Shown here: in pieces, positions 32,201-41,558 of the stretch | Layout of the letters: every line of letters starts with the position of its first letter | How positions within the stretch are numbered: the stretch's first letter is position 1 | Assembly: GCA_022448925.1 (NCBI GenBank) | Contig: JAKVCP010000001.1 | Span: forward strand, 6,456 to 70,455 | Reading direction: 5' to 3' | Origin: Paracoccaceae bacterium | GTDB taxonomy: Bacteria; Pseudomonadota; Alphaproteobacteria; Rhodobacterales; Rhodobacteraceae | DNA length: 64,000 nt | Notes under the pieces: generated by a model | The model's database searches: none | What the model was told of the DNA's origin: nothing | Seen by the model: the letters and a program-made list of their open reading frames with translations, nothing else | Program-made: the position numbers and the translations under genes

Positions 32201-33144
32201 GTTTCACCGGCGACCTGCCAAGGCATATCGCCGTCGTATTCTTGCTGCTCGACTTTGGGTCGCAGCGAGCATCGGCCACATCGCAAGTCATCCCCGAACC
32301 AACTGACGATCAGCGACACTGCTCGACAGTTGGGCAACTCGTCACTTAGGTGCTGCAATGATACATCAAGATCGGGCATCTCCTGCGGCGTATTCACATT
32401 GGCCAATGCCGAAGATCCATGCCCGTAGTCGAAAAGCACCGGCTCAGTCGCCAGGGAATACTCTCCGCTGCCCGGCATCATTGCAACGCCCTGTACCAAC
32501 GCAGGCACGTCCATTGGATCGTCCTGCGAAGGCCGCGTCACCTCAAAACTGAATTGAGGCACCCTGTTGCCGAATTGCTCAAGCATTAGATCCTCAATTA
32601 CGACATAAGCCGTGCCGCGATAGGCAGGGACATTTCCCACGCCCTCAACCGCCTCGATCTTCGGGTCGGGTTGTTGCGTGGCGCTGCCCGTGTGAACTCG
32701 CATATTGAGATCACTCAAAGGCAGTTCCGCGCCATCTGCCCAAACCCGGTTCACACCGGTGATTTCACCTTCACAAACGGCCAGCGCAAGACTGACGGAA
32801 TAACTGTAACTCTTTATTTTGGGCTTTGACGGCGCACCTTTGCCACCACCAGACTTGGTAACGTGCTCTTCGAATTGGGTTGCCCAAATCACATGCCCAC
32901 CAACCCGCATGCGTCCATAGACCTGCGCCAAGGGCGAGCCTTCGCCGACACCTGTCAGACGCAGACGCTCCAGCCGCCCGGTTTCAAGGGCTTCTGAGCC
33001 CTCTCCCATCAGTCTTTGATCAATCGCGCGCCCGACGGTTGACCCGACGAAACGGCCCACAACAGCCGCTGAAAGGCCAGCCACTGCACCGCCTACAGAT
33101 GAACCAATAGCGGCTCCGACCGCCCCAAGTACTATCGTCGCCAT
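29242..33144 (-). CDS. GTA g15-like host-specificity / distal tail protein (1300 aa)
   Basis: Size and terminal position match RcGTA g15. Large multi-domain protein. Confidence 0.8.
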   Translation of the reverse strand: MATIVLGAVGAAIGSSVGGAVAGLSAAVVGRFVGSTVGRAIDQRLMGEGSEALETGRLERLRLTGVGEGSPLAQVYGRMRVGGHVIWATQFEEHVTKSGGGKGAPSKPKIKSYSYSVSLALAVCEGEITGVNRVWADGAELPLSDLNMRVHTGSATQQPDPKIEAVEGVGNVPAYRGTAYVVIEDLMLEQFGNRVPQFSFEVTRPSQDDPMDVPALVQGVAMMPGSGEYSLATEPVLFDYGHGSSALANVNTPQEMPDLDVSLQHLSDELPNCRAVSLIVSWFGDDLRCGRCSLRPKVEQQEYDGDMPWQVAGETRMTASVVPADSNGAPVYGGTPADGSVVQAIQRMAELGQDVMFYPFILMEQLADNGLEDPWTGADNQPALPWRGRITLDAAPGRAGSTDGTGASESEVDAFFGTASAADFTVEDGAVTYSGPDEWSYRRFILHNAALCVAGGGVSAFCIGSEMRALTQIRGESSFPAVVHLRALAAEVRMLLGPDTRIGYAADWSEYFGYHPQDGSGDVYFHLDPLWADDEIDFVGIDNYMPLSDWRDGEDHADAGWGSIYDLDYLTSNVAGGEGYDWYYPSEGARTTQRREPIADGAHGEPWVFRYKDLRNWWSNRHHERVGGVRSETPTDWVPQSKPLWMTELGCAAIDKGTNQPNKFLDPKSSESSLPYFSNGLRDEVLQIQYLRAVLGYWSRPENNPVSEEYGAPMVDLSRAFVWAWDARPYPWFPGNEALWSDGPNYRRGHWITGRASGRRLASVVAEICERSGLIAYDVSRLHGVVRGYVVDRVSDARRSLQPLMLAYGFDAIERDGVLQFQMRSGVIAGTVTRNDLALSDELDGDLEERRSGESDLAGRVRLEFAEADASFEVAEVEAVLPDEATHAVSTTTLPLLLTRAEGHQIAERWLAESRISRDSLRFALPPSWSHIGAGDLLRVHSADEDVLVRIDRIEMGTMRTVEAVRVEPDVYLPAEFPEDATRLEAFVPVVPVLPLFMELPLLTGNEDPQAPHLALTADPWPGSVAVFDAPTDADYALNQIFAARASIGVTETPMFAAPSGRVDRGDAVQVRMLSGTLSSVPDDVFFSGGNLFAIGDGTPDGWEVFQARDASLIGEETWLLSHRLRGQFGTESEVPAQWPVGSFVVALDGVPQQIELPSSLRDVSRHYRIGPARRPFDDPSYVYQQHAFVGIGLRPYSPVHLAMQEHQGDLSFSWVRRTRIAGDAWEPETVPLGEVSERYRVRVMQGQTVVRETQVTRPDWVYAAQERAQDGLAAGARITVAQISDLFGSGAEAEIDLPV

Positions 33145-33147
33145 CCA

Positions 33148-33588
33148 TCAGTCTCCTCGAGGCAAGGCAAAACGTGCAACAATGCGCCGTTGCCAAGCCC
33201 GCCCCAGCGGGCTTTCAATCACACCATGTCGGTCATAGGCATGTACGAAGGTTGGCGCGTCGCCGATTTCGGCCTGCAGGCCGAGATGTTTGGCCACCGC
33301 TCCGTCACGCATTCGGAACAACAAGCAATCTCCAGGCGCCACATCGTCAACGGCTTTGGGAACAAGATGCCTTAGACCTGCTTGCCACAGCCGCTCTTGA
33401 CGCTGCGGCTCAGACCAATCCGGAGTGTAGGCAGGAACCGTTTCCGGTTCGTCTCCGATAACCTCGCGCCAGACGCCTCTCAACAGGCCCAAACAATCAC
33501 AGCCCGCCCCCCGAACCGAGGCCTGGTGCACGTATGGCGTTCCCAGCCATTCCCGCGCGGCCTGAACAATCAAATCAGATCGCGTCAC
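33148..33588 (-). CDS. GTA g14-like NlpC/P60 family cell-wall peptidase
   Basis: NlpC/P60 Cys-His pattern (GAGCDCLG ... H). A GTG start overlaps the g13 TGA (GTGA). The longer ATG ORF would overlap g13 by 58 nt. Confidence 0.7.
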   Translation of the reverse strand: MTRSDLIVQAAREWLGTPYVHQASVRGAGCDCLGLLRGVWREVIGDEPETVPAYTPDWSEPQRQERLWQAGLRHLVPKAVDDVAPGDCLLFRMRDGAVAKHLGLQAEIGDAPTFVHAYDRHGVIESPLGRAWQRRIVARFALPRGD

Positions 33589-34475
33589 CTGCGGCTTCCT
33601 CCGTTTGTCGATGCCGAGGCCGTCGGATGAACCATCAACCAATCCTCGCTCGGCAAGTCCGGAAACCCTTGGAAGTTCAGTGTATTGTTGAACTTCAGTC
33701 GGCAGGACGCAAAGCGCTTGTCACAGCCGGCAACGACCTTGAGGATATCTCCGTCCGCAATGGGTGCGCGCAGCGGCTCCCACAGTTCGATCCGTCTGGC
33801 ACCGGTCTCACCCAGCACATCGCGCTTGATCGCGCCCGACAGGCCCTTGGCAACACCAGACAAGACTGTCAGTCGTCCCCTTTGAAACCACCCCGGCTCG
33901 AAACCCGAAACGGATCCAAAATCAAAAATTCTGGACGCCTCTTGGGACATTACAGCCCCCTCATACACATAGCCCGGGGTGCCCAAGTCAAAGCCGCATT
34001 TGGAATCGCCAAGTACTGCGGTACAGGGCTTTTGAAAAACCCGGCCAATAGGCCGGTTCAGGCGTTCTGACAGTCCGCGCAACTCGACACGAAAAGCCCC
34101 ATCCACTCGGACCACCTCGCCAAATGTGCCTTGGAAAGTCAGCTGCCGTTCACTCACATCTGCCCAATTTACCAACCAGGCCCGCACGCAGGCCTCGTCA
34201 AACCGGCCAGATAGAATATCCGCCTCGGTTATCGCGCCATCGGAAAGCGCACCCAGCGCTTCGGTATTGTCGACAGACAAGCCAGTCGTCTGCTGCAATG
34301 CCGCAGCAGTCAGTCCCGTACCGGCCCGAAAGGTAATCCCATCGAAAACAAGATCGCCATCGTGATCGGTGAATCCAAAGACTTCGCCGTCAGACCGTTC
34401 CACCGCCCAAGCGCGCGCAACGGTTGTCAATCCACGTTCCAGATGCGCCTTCAACCCTGCGTCGAAACCAGTCAC
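33585..34475 (-). CDS. GTA g13-like protein (DUF2163, phage BR0599 family)
   Basis: Position and length as in RcGTA g13. Family assignment made by eye. Confidence 0.65.
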   Translation of the reverse strand: MTGFDAGLKAHLERGLTTVARAWAVERSDGEVFGFTDHDGDLVFDGITFRAGTGLTAAALQQTTGLSVDNTEALGALSDGAITEADILSGRFDEACVRAWLVNWADVSERQLTFQGTFGEVVRVDGAFRVELRGLSERLNRPIGRVFQKPCTAVLGDSKCGFDLGTPGYVYEGAVMSQEASRIFDFGSVSGFEPGWFQRGRLTVLSGVAKGLSGAIKRDVLGETGARRIELWEPLRAPIADGDILKVVAGCDKRFASCRLKFNNTLNFQGFPDLPSEDWLMVHPTASASTNGGSRR

Positions 34476-35104
34476 AACCGCACCTCGACCACCGGAACGT
34501 TTGGCACGTCACCGGCTTGAAACCGCGCAACGCTGGTTTGAATTCTGTCTGTATCAAATCGGACCGGAACGTCGAATTCGAAACCGGCCGTGATCGCAGC
34601 CCCTGCAAGGGGCGGATTGTCAAAACTCACCACGCCAGAGCTAAGATCAATGGTCCAATCGATACTCTCTTGTTGCTGTACGGATTGCACCCCTAGGCGA
34701 ACCGTGCCTGCAACTGGTTTCACGACGGGTCGGGAATAGCTTTGCGCGCCCGAGGAGTAAGATTTTGCCAAAGCAAACTGTGTCGACACGCCGTCACCAG
34801 TGGCAATCACCTGATCATCATAAGCAGGCGCATCCGACGGGCGACATGACTTGTAATCCGACCAGTCCTTCCAACGGAATCCATAGAGTTGCCCTTGCCG
34901 AGCCTCAAAAAAGGCCACCAGCGCCTCGATGTCATCCAATGACCGCAGCCCAAGACCTGCATCATACCTGCGGCGCGAATGCGCCCAAGGCGTATTGCGC
35001 TCTTCGAAACCGCTGGCCAACGCGACAATATCGGTTCGGCGCGCTGGTCCGCCAAGCGAGCCAAAGCTCAGATTTGCGGGGAACCGCACTTCATGAAATC
35101 CCAT
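34472..35104 (-). CDS. GTA g12-like protein (DUF2460 / TIGR02217 family)
   Basis: Position and length as in RcGTA g12. 4-nt overlap with g13. Confidence 0.65.
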   Translation of the reverse strand: MGFHEVRFPANLSFGSLGGPARRTDIVALASGFEERNTPWAHSRRRYDAGLGLRSLDDIEALVAFFEARQGQLYGFRWKDWSDYKSCRPSDAPAYDDQVIATGDGVSTQFALAKSYSSGAQSYSRPVVKPVAGTVRLGVQSVQQQESIDWTIDLSSGVVSFDNPPLAGAAITAGFEFDVPVRFDTDRIQTSVARFQAGDVPNVPVVEVRL

Positions 35105-35116
35105 CTCGACCCCTCC

Positions 35117-35779
35117 TTACAGATTGCGGCGGCCAAGGCTTAACGCCCGGCTCATTTGGGCAGCGACCTGACTCTGAGATCTGCGGAAACCCTGGACATC
35201 AGGTGTGGTGATATTCATCACGACCGTAACCGGTCGACCGCCCCCCTCGGCACGGACGCCAAGCTTACCGTTGGCACCGCGCGACAAGGGCATGATCGCC
35301 TCTGGTCCGGCCTCACCCATAACGCCCAGCCCGCCGCGCATTGGAAAAGCTGTCGCAGCCGAGATCACCCCACCCGATGCAAAGGGCATGACGCGTCCCT
35401 GCGAAAAGCCTGCACCATTGGCAAAAAGCCCAAGGCCACCGAACAGGTTCGACATGGTCCCGGCAAACATGCCGCCCAAATGCTCGACCACCGGATCCAC
35501 CGCAGACCGATAAGCGGTATTGACCATTGAATTCGCGACAACTGTCAGTGCCTCTGACAGCCGCATACCATCCAAGACCACGCCATCAATGGCCTTGCGC
35601 AAACCACCGGTCATGGCCTTTTCCATATCCGACATGCTCAACCCGGTCACCGCCAGGCTGTTCCGCATCCGCTGCATTTCGACGTCAAAGGCAGCAGCCA
35701 GCTCGGCAGTCGCCGAAAGTGTGCCACCCAGTTCGACAACGCGCTCGTCAAATTCTTCGATGTCTTCAAAGTCGGTCAT
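35117..35779 (-). CDS. GTA g11-like short tail tape measure protein
   Basis: 220 aa. Gly/Met-rich C-terminal part. Sits between the chaperone pair and g12 as in RcGTA. Confidence 0.6.
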   Translation of the reverse strand: MTDFEDIEEFDERVVELGGTLSATAELAAAFDVEMQRMRNSLAVTGLSMSDMEKAMTGGLRKAIDGVVLDGMRLSEALTVVANSMVNTAYRSAVDPVVEHLGGMFAGTMSNLFGGLGLFANGAGFSQGRVMPFASGGVISAATAFPMRGGLGVMGEAGPEAIMPLSRGANGKLGVRAEGGGRPVTVVMNITTPDVQGFRRSQSQVAAQMSRALSLGRRNL

Positions 35780-35982
35780 TGCTCTCCATCCTCGCTGGCC
35801 TGATGATCGGGGTAAGCCGCCGCAAGTTCCGCCAAACGATCGCGCCCCATGGGACGTGCGGCACTGCCGCCACTTAGCAAAGTCTGCAGCTCAGCCGGTG
35901 TCAGCTTCCAAAAGTCATCAGGCTTCAGCCCAGCGCCGCGCAGTCCGGCGCGCATCAATCCTGGCCAATCGAACCGGGTCAT
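35776..35982 (-). CDS. GTA g10.1-like protein (tail assembly chaperone region)
   Basis: 68 aa. The ATG follows the g10 TAG immediately and in the same frame. Confidence 0.5.
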   Translation of the reverse strand: MTRFDWPGLMRAGLRGAGLKPDDFWKLTPAELQTLLSGGSAARPMGRDRLAELAAAYPDHQASEDGEQ

Positions 35983-36303
35983 CTAGGCCTCTGTGGGCAA
36001 TGCAAAGGCCCGAACCAACAATTCAGCCGCGACGCGGGCTGCAGCTATTGGTCCGCCCTCAATCTGCGCATCCACCAGGTCTCGTGGCGCACAGCGCCAG
36101 CCTCCACCGCGCAGGCCTGCCACGATCAATGCCAACACATCCCGCGAGGTGCAGCTGCCGTCTTCGAAGCGCTGGACCAGATCAACCAGTGATCCTGTCT
36201 GCAGTTCCGCTTCAAGCTCGGCCAACGCTCCCAGCGTCAACCGCAGCACCCGCACCTCGCCGTCGATCACCAACTCGACCTCTCCCCTCCATGGATTGGC
36301 CAT
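35983..36303 (-). CDS. GTA g10-like protein (TIGR02216 gene-transfer-agent family, tail assembly chaperone-like)
   Basis: 106 aa, between the major tail protein and the tape measure. Confidence 0.6.
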   Translation of the reverse strand: MANPWRGEVELVIDGEVRVLRLTLGALAELEAELQTGSLVDLVQRFEDGSCTSRDVLALIVAGLRGGGWRCAPRDLVDAQIEGGPIAAARVAAELLVRAFALPTEA

Positions 36304-36306
36304 CGC

Positions 36307-36723
36307 TTAGCTCGCCGGCACAAAGGTCAATGCACCCGCCGAAGCCAGAGCGACCTCATATGTCGCCTCACCATTGTGAGAGCCCGCATACTCGATTGAC
36401 GTCACCTGAAAGGGGCCCTCAACTGTACCAAAATCGGGAATAATCACCTGAAAGGCAGGTGTTTCACCGTCGAAAAAGATCTGTCGCGCTCGTTCATCGG
36501 TGGTATCATCCTTGAATACCCCCGATCCTGAGATCGATGCCGACTTTACGCCCGCGCCCGACAGCAGTTCACGCCACCCGCCCTGGCTTTCCAACGTCGT
36601 GACATCCACGGTATCAGCATTGAAACTGACCCGTGTCGCGCGCAGGCCCGCCATTGTCTGGAACGAGCCACTGCCCGTCAGGTCCACCTTGATCAAAAGA
36701 TCCTTGCCGTTCTGAACAGCCAT
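36307..36723 (-). CDS. GTA g9-like major tail protein (TP901-1 family)
   Basis: 138 aa. Sequence pattern typical of TP901-1-type major tail proteins. Confidence 0.7.
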   Translation of the reverse strand: MAVQNGKDLLIKVDLTGSGSFQTMAGLRATRVSFNADTVDVTTLESQGGWRELLSGAGVKSASISGSGVFKDDTTDERARQIFFDGETPAFQVIIPDFGTVEGPFQVTSIEYAGSHNGEATYEVALASAGALTFVPAS

Positions 36724-36743
36724 GTCATGTGCTCCTTAGGTCG

Positions 36744-37151
36744 TTACGCCGCTTCTAAGCGCGCGCGAAATGTCAAATTGATGCGTCGAAGTCCGCCGGG
36801 CTCTCTGCTCGCCCGCGCCTTCACAAAGTGCAGACTGACCAATCGGCCTGTCGACAACGTCAAAGGCGCGTCGACCAGAGCATCGCTCACAGCTCCCGCA
36901 ACCTGTTTTGCGTTTGCAAATCCGTCAGCCTCGCTGACCACTGAGATTGCAAAATCGTGCCAAGCCCCCTGGCCGGAACCATCCGAGGCATCCTTGACCT
37001 TCTCGTCACCCAGCAGGACGTAAAGGGCCGGTACTGAGCCCGTTGGCAACGCATCGTAGATGTCTGCACCAACCAATCCAGAGACCCCTGCATCAGCCAA
37101 TAATGCTTGGTAAACCGCAGCCTGAAGGGGCGCTGAAAGCGCATAGGTCAT
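36744..37151 (-). CDS. GTA g8-like protein (DUF3168, tail completion)
   Basis: 135 aa. Position between the adaptor and the major tail protein. Confidence 0.6.
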   Translation of the reverse strand: MTYALSAPLQAAVYQALLADAGVSGLVGADIYDALPTGSVPALYVLLGDEKVKDASDGSGQGAWHDFAISVVSEADGFANAKQVAGAVSDALVDAPLTLSTGRLVSLHFVKARASREPGGLRRINLTFRARLEAA

Positions 37152-37486
37152 AGGCTAAGCTCCTCTTCGGCGATGCAGGTAAGGTACTGATCCAACCCAG
37201 TGGCCTCTGTCACAGACTTGATCATCAGTAGCCGCTCACCCATACGTAGCCGCTGGCCAGCGACAGGCCGACCAGAGTGGCCAGGCGCAGCTGCGCGCAC
37301 GGTAACTCGAAAACCGGTAAGCGATTGTGCCCCGGCTTCACCGTTCACTTCGCGTCCTGTCCGTGGCAAAACCTCAGCCCACAGAGTTCCGACAGTGCTC
37401 CACTCGAAAGAGCGTCCACCGTGCCCATCGGGTGTCGCAATCTTATCCTCAAGCACAAGTCGCCGATTCAATGCGGGCGGTTTCAT
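37148..37486 (-). CDS. GTA g7-like head-tail adaptor (phage head-tail joining protein family)
   Basis: The internal Met (MKPPALNRRLVLE) directly follows the g6 stop (TGA ATG). The longer track ORF would overlap g6 by 70 nt. Confidence 0.65.
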   Translation of the reverse strand: MKPPALNRRLVLEDKIATPDGHGGRSFEWSTVGTLWAEVLPRTGREVNGEAGAQSLTGFRVTVRAAAPGHSGRPVAGQRLRMGERLLMIKSVTEATGLDQYLTCIAEEELSL

Positions 37487-38079
37487 TGCGACGCTCCAAG
37501 GCGCATCGGCCGATACCGCGCCGTCAAGCTGGTTACGCCGAACGGCATACAACCATCCTTCAATGCCACTTCGTGCCGGAACTCATAATAATGTGCGGCG
37601 AGCAAAAGAACCGCCTGCGCCAAGTCCGCAGGGAGGTCGGACCAATCGGTACCAAACCCGGCAGTCACCAAGATTTCGACCCGACCAGCTTCTGGGATCA
37701 CAGGCAAATGTGATCCGACCGGGATCAACCAGGCAGCCATGCCCTCGTCCTGCAGAGAATAGCGCGCAGGATCCACGACCTCAGCGGTTTCGGGCTGCGT
37801 GATCCTCCGAACTTCTGATACGGACTGAACCGGAGCAATCGGCAACGCCTGACGGGTTGGATTGCGCCAACTATGCAGCGTTACACGGAACTCCCGCGAA
37901 ATTATTGCTTTGCCAGTTCGGCTTTCGATGGCAGCAATCGACGCCCGCAGAAAGGCCTCTAGCACGCCGTCCTGAATGTCGTCTTCGGCAAATCCACTGC
38001 CCATGCGCAGGTGCGCCTTGAAGGCAGCCATTGGCAAGGCAGCCAAGGGGATCGACGTCTCTTCGACCAGCTTCATCAT
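37483..38079 (-). CDS. GTA g6-like head-tail connector protein
   Basis: 198 aa, immediately downstream of the capsid gene. Confidence 0.6.
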   Translation of the reverse strand: MMKLVEETSIPLAALPMAAFKAHLRMGSGFAEDDIQDGVLEAFLRASIAAIESRTGKAIISREFRVTLHSWRNPTRQALPIAPVQSVSEVRRITQPETAEVVDPARYSLQDEGMAAWLIPVGSHLPVIPEAGRVEILVTAGFGTDWSDLPADLAQAVLLLAAHYYEFRHEVALKDGCMPFGVTSLTARYRPMRLGASQ

Positions 38080-38242
38080 TTAACTCCGAATTTGGTGTCG
38101 TGTGGCCCGCCAAATCTCTTGGATCGGGCGCACGCCACTCACGTTGCTCGGACGGAGGGGAGCAGCTAGGCAACGCAAGCTCTCATCGGCGCGCGCCCGG
38201 CAGAGGGGACGCAGTGCCCCCCCTCCACTTCACCGAGTCCAA

Positions 38243-39424
38243 TCAGGAAACGGCAAATCGCAGCAATTTGATCGCAGCAAAATCGCTCACGTCACCGCCA
38301 ACCCGTTTGGTTGCGAAGAACAAAACATGTGGTTTGGCGCTGAACGGGTCACGAAGCACGCGCAAATCTGGCCGTTCTGCAATTGTGTAACCGGCGGTAA
38401 AATCACCAAAGGCGATCGCATCCGCCCCGTTGCCAATGTCTGGCATGTTTTCAGCGACTAGAACCGGGTAACCAAGCAGGCGTGCAGGTTCGCCGGCTGC
38501 CAGACCGTCCGACCATAGATGACGGCCATCCGCATCCTTCAGCTTGCGAACAGCACCCGCTGTTTTCGAGTTCATCACGAAGGTTCCGTTTGCGCGGTAC
38601 TCTGCGCCCAACGCGTAGACCAGATCGATCAATGAGTCGCCGCCGTTGAAGTCCCCGTCGACACCCGTAGCGATGTAACCGAGGTTTCCCCAAGTCCAGC
38701 TTGTGTCCTCCACGGCTGGGTGCGTCAGAAACCCGGTAGGCTTGTCAACGCCATCGCCCGAAACAAAGGCCGCCGCCTCTGCAATGGCAAACTTCTGGGC
38801 AATACGACCGGCCAACCAGCCCTCGATGTCAAAGGCACTGTCATCCAGCAAGCGTTGGCTTGCTTTGGGCATGGCGTTCAATTCATACAGCGGAATTTGG
38901 ATGCGATCGATGCTTGGCGTCGCTGTTTCCGCAGCGGGGTCAACCTCTGAAACCCAGCCTGCACTTGGTTCAGTATGATCGATAAGAACGTCATACGAGG
39001 TTGCTTCAACATGAACAACTGTCGCAATAGCACGGATCGAAGCCGTGGATGCCAGAACCGTCTGTACGGTTTCGCTGGTTACCGGATCCACCAGGTACCC
39101 CCCGTCACTGTTGACCGCCGTGCTCATGGCCTTGCCTTCCAGTGCGAGCCCGCGAAGGCCATCGTCTTCGCCCGAACGCAAGTAGGCCTCGAATGCCTTT
39201 TGGTGTGGCGCCTCGATTTCGGCAGTAGTCGACAGTGCCGGGCGCAGCGCGGCGTGAGATTTTCGATCAAGCATGTTCAGTCGCTCTTCCTGTTTGCTCA
39301 TTTTGGCCTGCAGGTCATCCCGCAGAGCCGTGACATCACCAACCAGTCCCGCAAGCGCGGCACCAATCTGAACAGCCGGAGTCACATCTTCCCCGGCCCG
39401 AGACGCGTTCTCGGCTGTGGTCAT
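38243..39424 (-). CDS. GTA g5-like HK97-family major capsid protein
   Basis: 393 aa. HK97 MCP-like sequence downstream of the protease. Confidence 0.8.
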   Translation of the reverse strand: MTTAENASRAGEDVTPAVQIGAALAGLVGDVTALRDDLQAKMSKQEERLNMLDRKSHAALRPALSTTAEIEAPHQKAFEAYLRSGEDDGLRGLALEGKAMSTAVNSDGGYLVDPVTSETVQTVLASTASIRAIATVVHVEATSYDVLIDHTEPSAGWVSEVDPAAETATPSIDRIQIPLYELNAMPKASQRLLDDSAFDIEGWLAGRIAQKFAIAEAAAFVSGDGVDKPTGFLTHPAVEDTSWTWGNLGYIATGVDGDFNGGDSLIDLVYALGAEYRANGTFVMNSKTAGAVRKLKDADGRHLWSDGLAAGEPARLLGYPVLVAENMPDIGNGADAIAFGDFTAGYTIAERPDLRVLRDPFSAKPHVLFFATKRVGGDVSDFAAIKLLRFAVS

Positions 39425-39454
39425 TCAGCTATTCCTCGGTTTAGGATCGGGCGC

Positions 39455-39997
39455 TCAGCGTCCCGACAGATGACAGCGGGCGCGCTCGATTGCCCCCGCC
39501 AGATCCCGCAGCATCGCGTCGCCGGGGTCGTCCCCCTTGGCCGCAACCCGTGCGGTCGGCAGCATTGGAAAAGTCACCAAAGAGACCTCCCAAAGCTCCA
39601 CTTCGGTCAAGAGCCGTTGGCCCTTGTCATTCTTGGCTGAACTGACTGTGCGATAGCCAATCGACAGGCCATCAATGGCGCCTGCATCGATCAACGCAGC
39701 GGCTTCGCGACCCTTTTCGACACACTCAAGCAGCTGACCTTTGACATAAAGCCCCCGGTCATCTTCTCGGACCTCATCCCAGACGCCAATCGGTTGTGCA
39801 GGATCGTGCTGCCACAACATCTTGACCCTGCGCCCGTCTGCAGCCAGCTTTCTGAGCGAGGCCGCATAGGCCCCGCGAGTCACCACATCATTGCCCTGGT
39901 CGGCCGCTCCGAAAAGGGATGCATAGCCTTCTATGCATGCGCCCTGCACCTGAACCATATCGGCATCGAACCGACAAAATTTATGTTCCAAATCCAT
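39455..39997 (-). CDS. GTA g4-like HK97-family prohead protease
   Basis: 180 aa. HK97 protease-like sequence. Confidence 0.75.
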   Translation of the reverse strand: MDLEHKFCRFDADMVQVQGACIEGYASLFGAADQGNDVVTRGAYAASLRKLAADGRRVKMLWQHDPAQPIGVWDEVREDDRGLYVKGQLLECVEKGREAAALIDAGAIDGLSIGYRTVSSAKNDKGQRLLTEVELWEVSLVTFPMLPTARVAAKGDDPGDAMLRDLAGAIERARCHLSGR

Positions 39998-40023
39998 TTC
40001 GATCTCTCTTTTCCGAACCCGCT

Positions 40024-40251
40024 TTACGGCGCTGACGCCACAAACCCCTGCATCACCTCAGCCAGGATCACCGCCGCAACTCCGTAAACTGTCAGCCACA
40101 ATCGTCGTTCCAAACGCTCCATCAGTGTTTCAAGCCGATCAAGCCGCGTGCCCAGGGCGTCGAACTGCAGCTTCGAAACTCTTTCATGCGCCTCCAGCCG
40201 AAGACCCGGAGCACATTCAAAGCTTTGATAGACTGGCCGTGTATCATCCAT
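40024..40251 (-). CDS. GTA g3.5-like small protein
   Basis: Internal Met (MDDTRPV) begins 2 nt after the portal stop. Position as RcGTA g3.5. Confidence 0.4.
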   Translation of the reverse strand: MDDTRPVYQSFECAPGLRLEAHERVSKLQFDALGTRLDRLETLMERLERRLWLTVYGVAAVILAEVMQGFVASAP

Positions 40252-41431
40252 CCGTTTGCTCGCCAGTTGTTGCGGGCAAGCCAAGCAAGCTGCGTTTTTC
40301 CGCGTCACTCAGGAAACTGGCAGAGGTTACTCTGGACCAAAGCGCTTCGCGCTCGGTCGCCAAAGCCGGCACTTGATCCAAATCCGGCTTCAACACGACC
40401 GGAGACCCATGGAATTCCGAAAGCCAACGGCTCAATTGGGCGGCGACCCGTGTTGCCAGCGGCAGAACCGTCAACCGGTAAAAGGCCCTATGCGATTCCT
40501 GATAGTTCGCATAGGTCGCCTCACCGGGAATACCCAGTAGCATGGGGGGCACTCCGAAGGCGACGGCGATCTCTCGGGCAGCCGCCTCTTTTGTTTTCTG
40601 GAACTCCATGTCCGACGGCGAAAAGCCCATCGGCTTCCAATCCAGACCGCCTTCCAGCAACATGGGCCGACCTGCATTCCGGGCGCCTTGATGATAGCTT
40701 TCCATCTCAGAAACCAGCCGATCGTACTGATCGGAACTCATGCCGGATTGGCCGTCCCCGCCTTTGTAGACAATCGCACCCGAAGGTCGCGCAGCATTAT
40801 CCAAAAGTCCCTTGGACCAGCGACTTGCACTTGTGTGCACATCGATCGCCGCAGCTGCGGCCTGCATCGGTGATAAACCATAGTGATCATCTTGCGGATG
40901 AAACGACCGGAAATGGCAAACCGGGGAACAGTATGGCGTCACATCAAATCGGTGCTTCCTGCCACCCGCCGAATACTCAAACGCAACGGGCCATCCATCA
41001 GCGCCAGGCAGAACCCGCATCCGATCACTGCGCAAGACATGCAGTTCACCCGGTTGGCCGGCTTCGGCACAGACCGCCTCAAGATAGGCATCGCCCGTGA
41101 GGGTCAACTGACCAACCAGCGCTTCGATAAGTTCCGCCCGACCCTGCATCGGATTGGGCGCATTCAGCAACGACAGGATGGGATGCTGATCATAGCGCAT
41201 ATCCGCATCCTCCAGCACCAGTGGCACCGCCGCCACGGCCTCAGCGATCAGTTTGACCGCCCGGAACCCCACAGGGTTTCCAACAAATCCGGTCTTTGTC
41301 AGCGAGACCGTGTCCCGAGGGCTCCAGGCAACCCTGCCTGATCCTGCCCAGGCCACCACCGGCCCCGTAGCACTGGCTTTGACCTCGGGGGTCGCGGCCT
41401 GTTTGTTGCGTCGTATGAAGTCCAAGACCAA
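40244..41431 (-). CDS. GTA g3-like HK97-family portal protein
   Basis: 395 aa. Portal-like sequence between the terminase and the protease. Confidence 0.8.
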   Translation of the reverse strand: MVLDFIRRNKQAATPEVKASATGPVVAWAGSGRVAWSPRDTVSLTKTGFVGNPVGFRAVKLIAEAVAAVPLVLEDADMRYDQHPILSLLNAPNPMQGRAELIEALVGQLTLTGDAYLEAVCAEAGQPGELHVLRSDRMRVLPGADGWPVAFEYSAGGRKHRFDVTPYCSPVCHFRSFHPQDDHYGLSPMQAAAAAIDVHTSASRWSKGLLDNAARPSGAIVYKGGDGQSGMSSDQYDRLVSEMESYHQGARNAGRPMLLEGGLDWKPMGFSPSDMEFQKTKEAAAREIAVAFGVPPMLLGIPGEATYANYQESHRAFYRLTVLPLATRVAAQLSRWLSEFHGSPVVLKPDLDQVPALATEREALWSRVTSASFLSDAEKRSLLGLPATTGEQTDG

Positions 41432-41558
41432 GGTTCGTCTCCCACATCATCGGCCCACTCGGGGCACCCGCTTCGTTCTCAAAGCGCCGTGTCCCGCCGC
41501 CTGTGAAAAGAGTTATCTCACCAAAGTCTTAAGACGTCCCAAGACCACCGTGCGGTGC

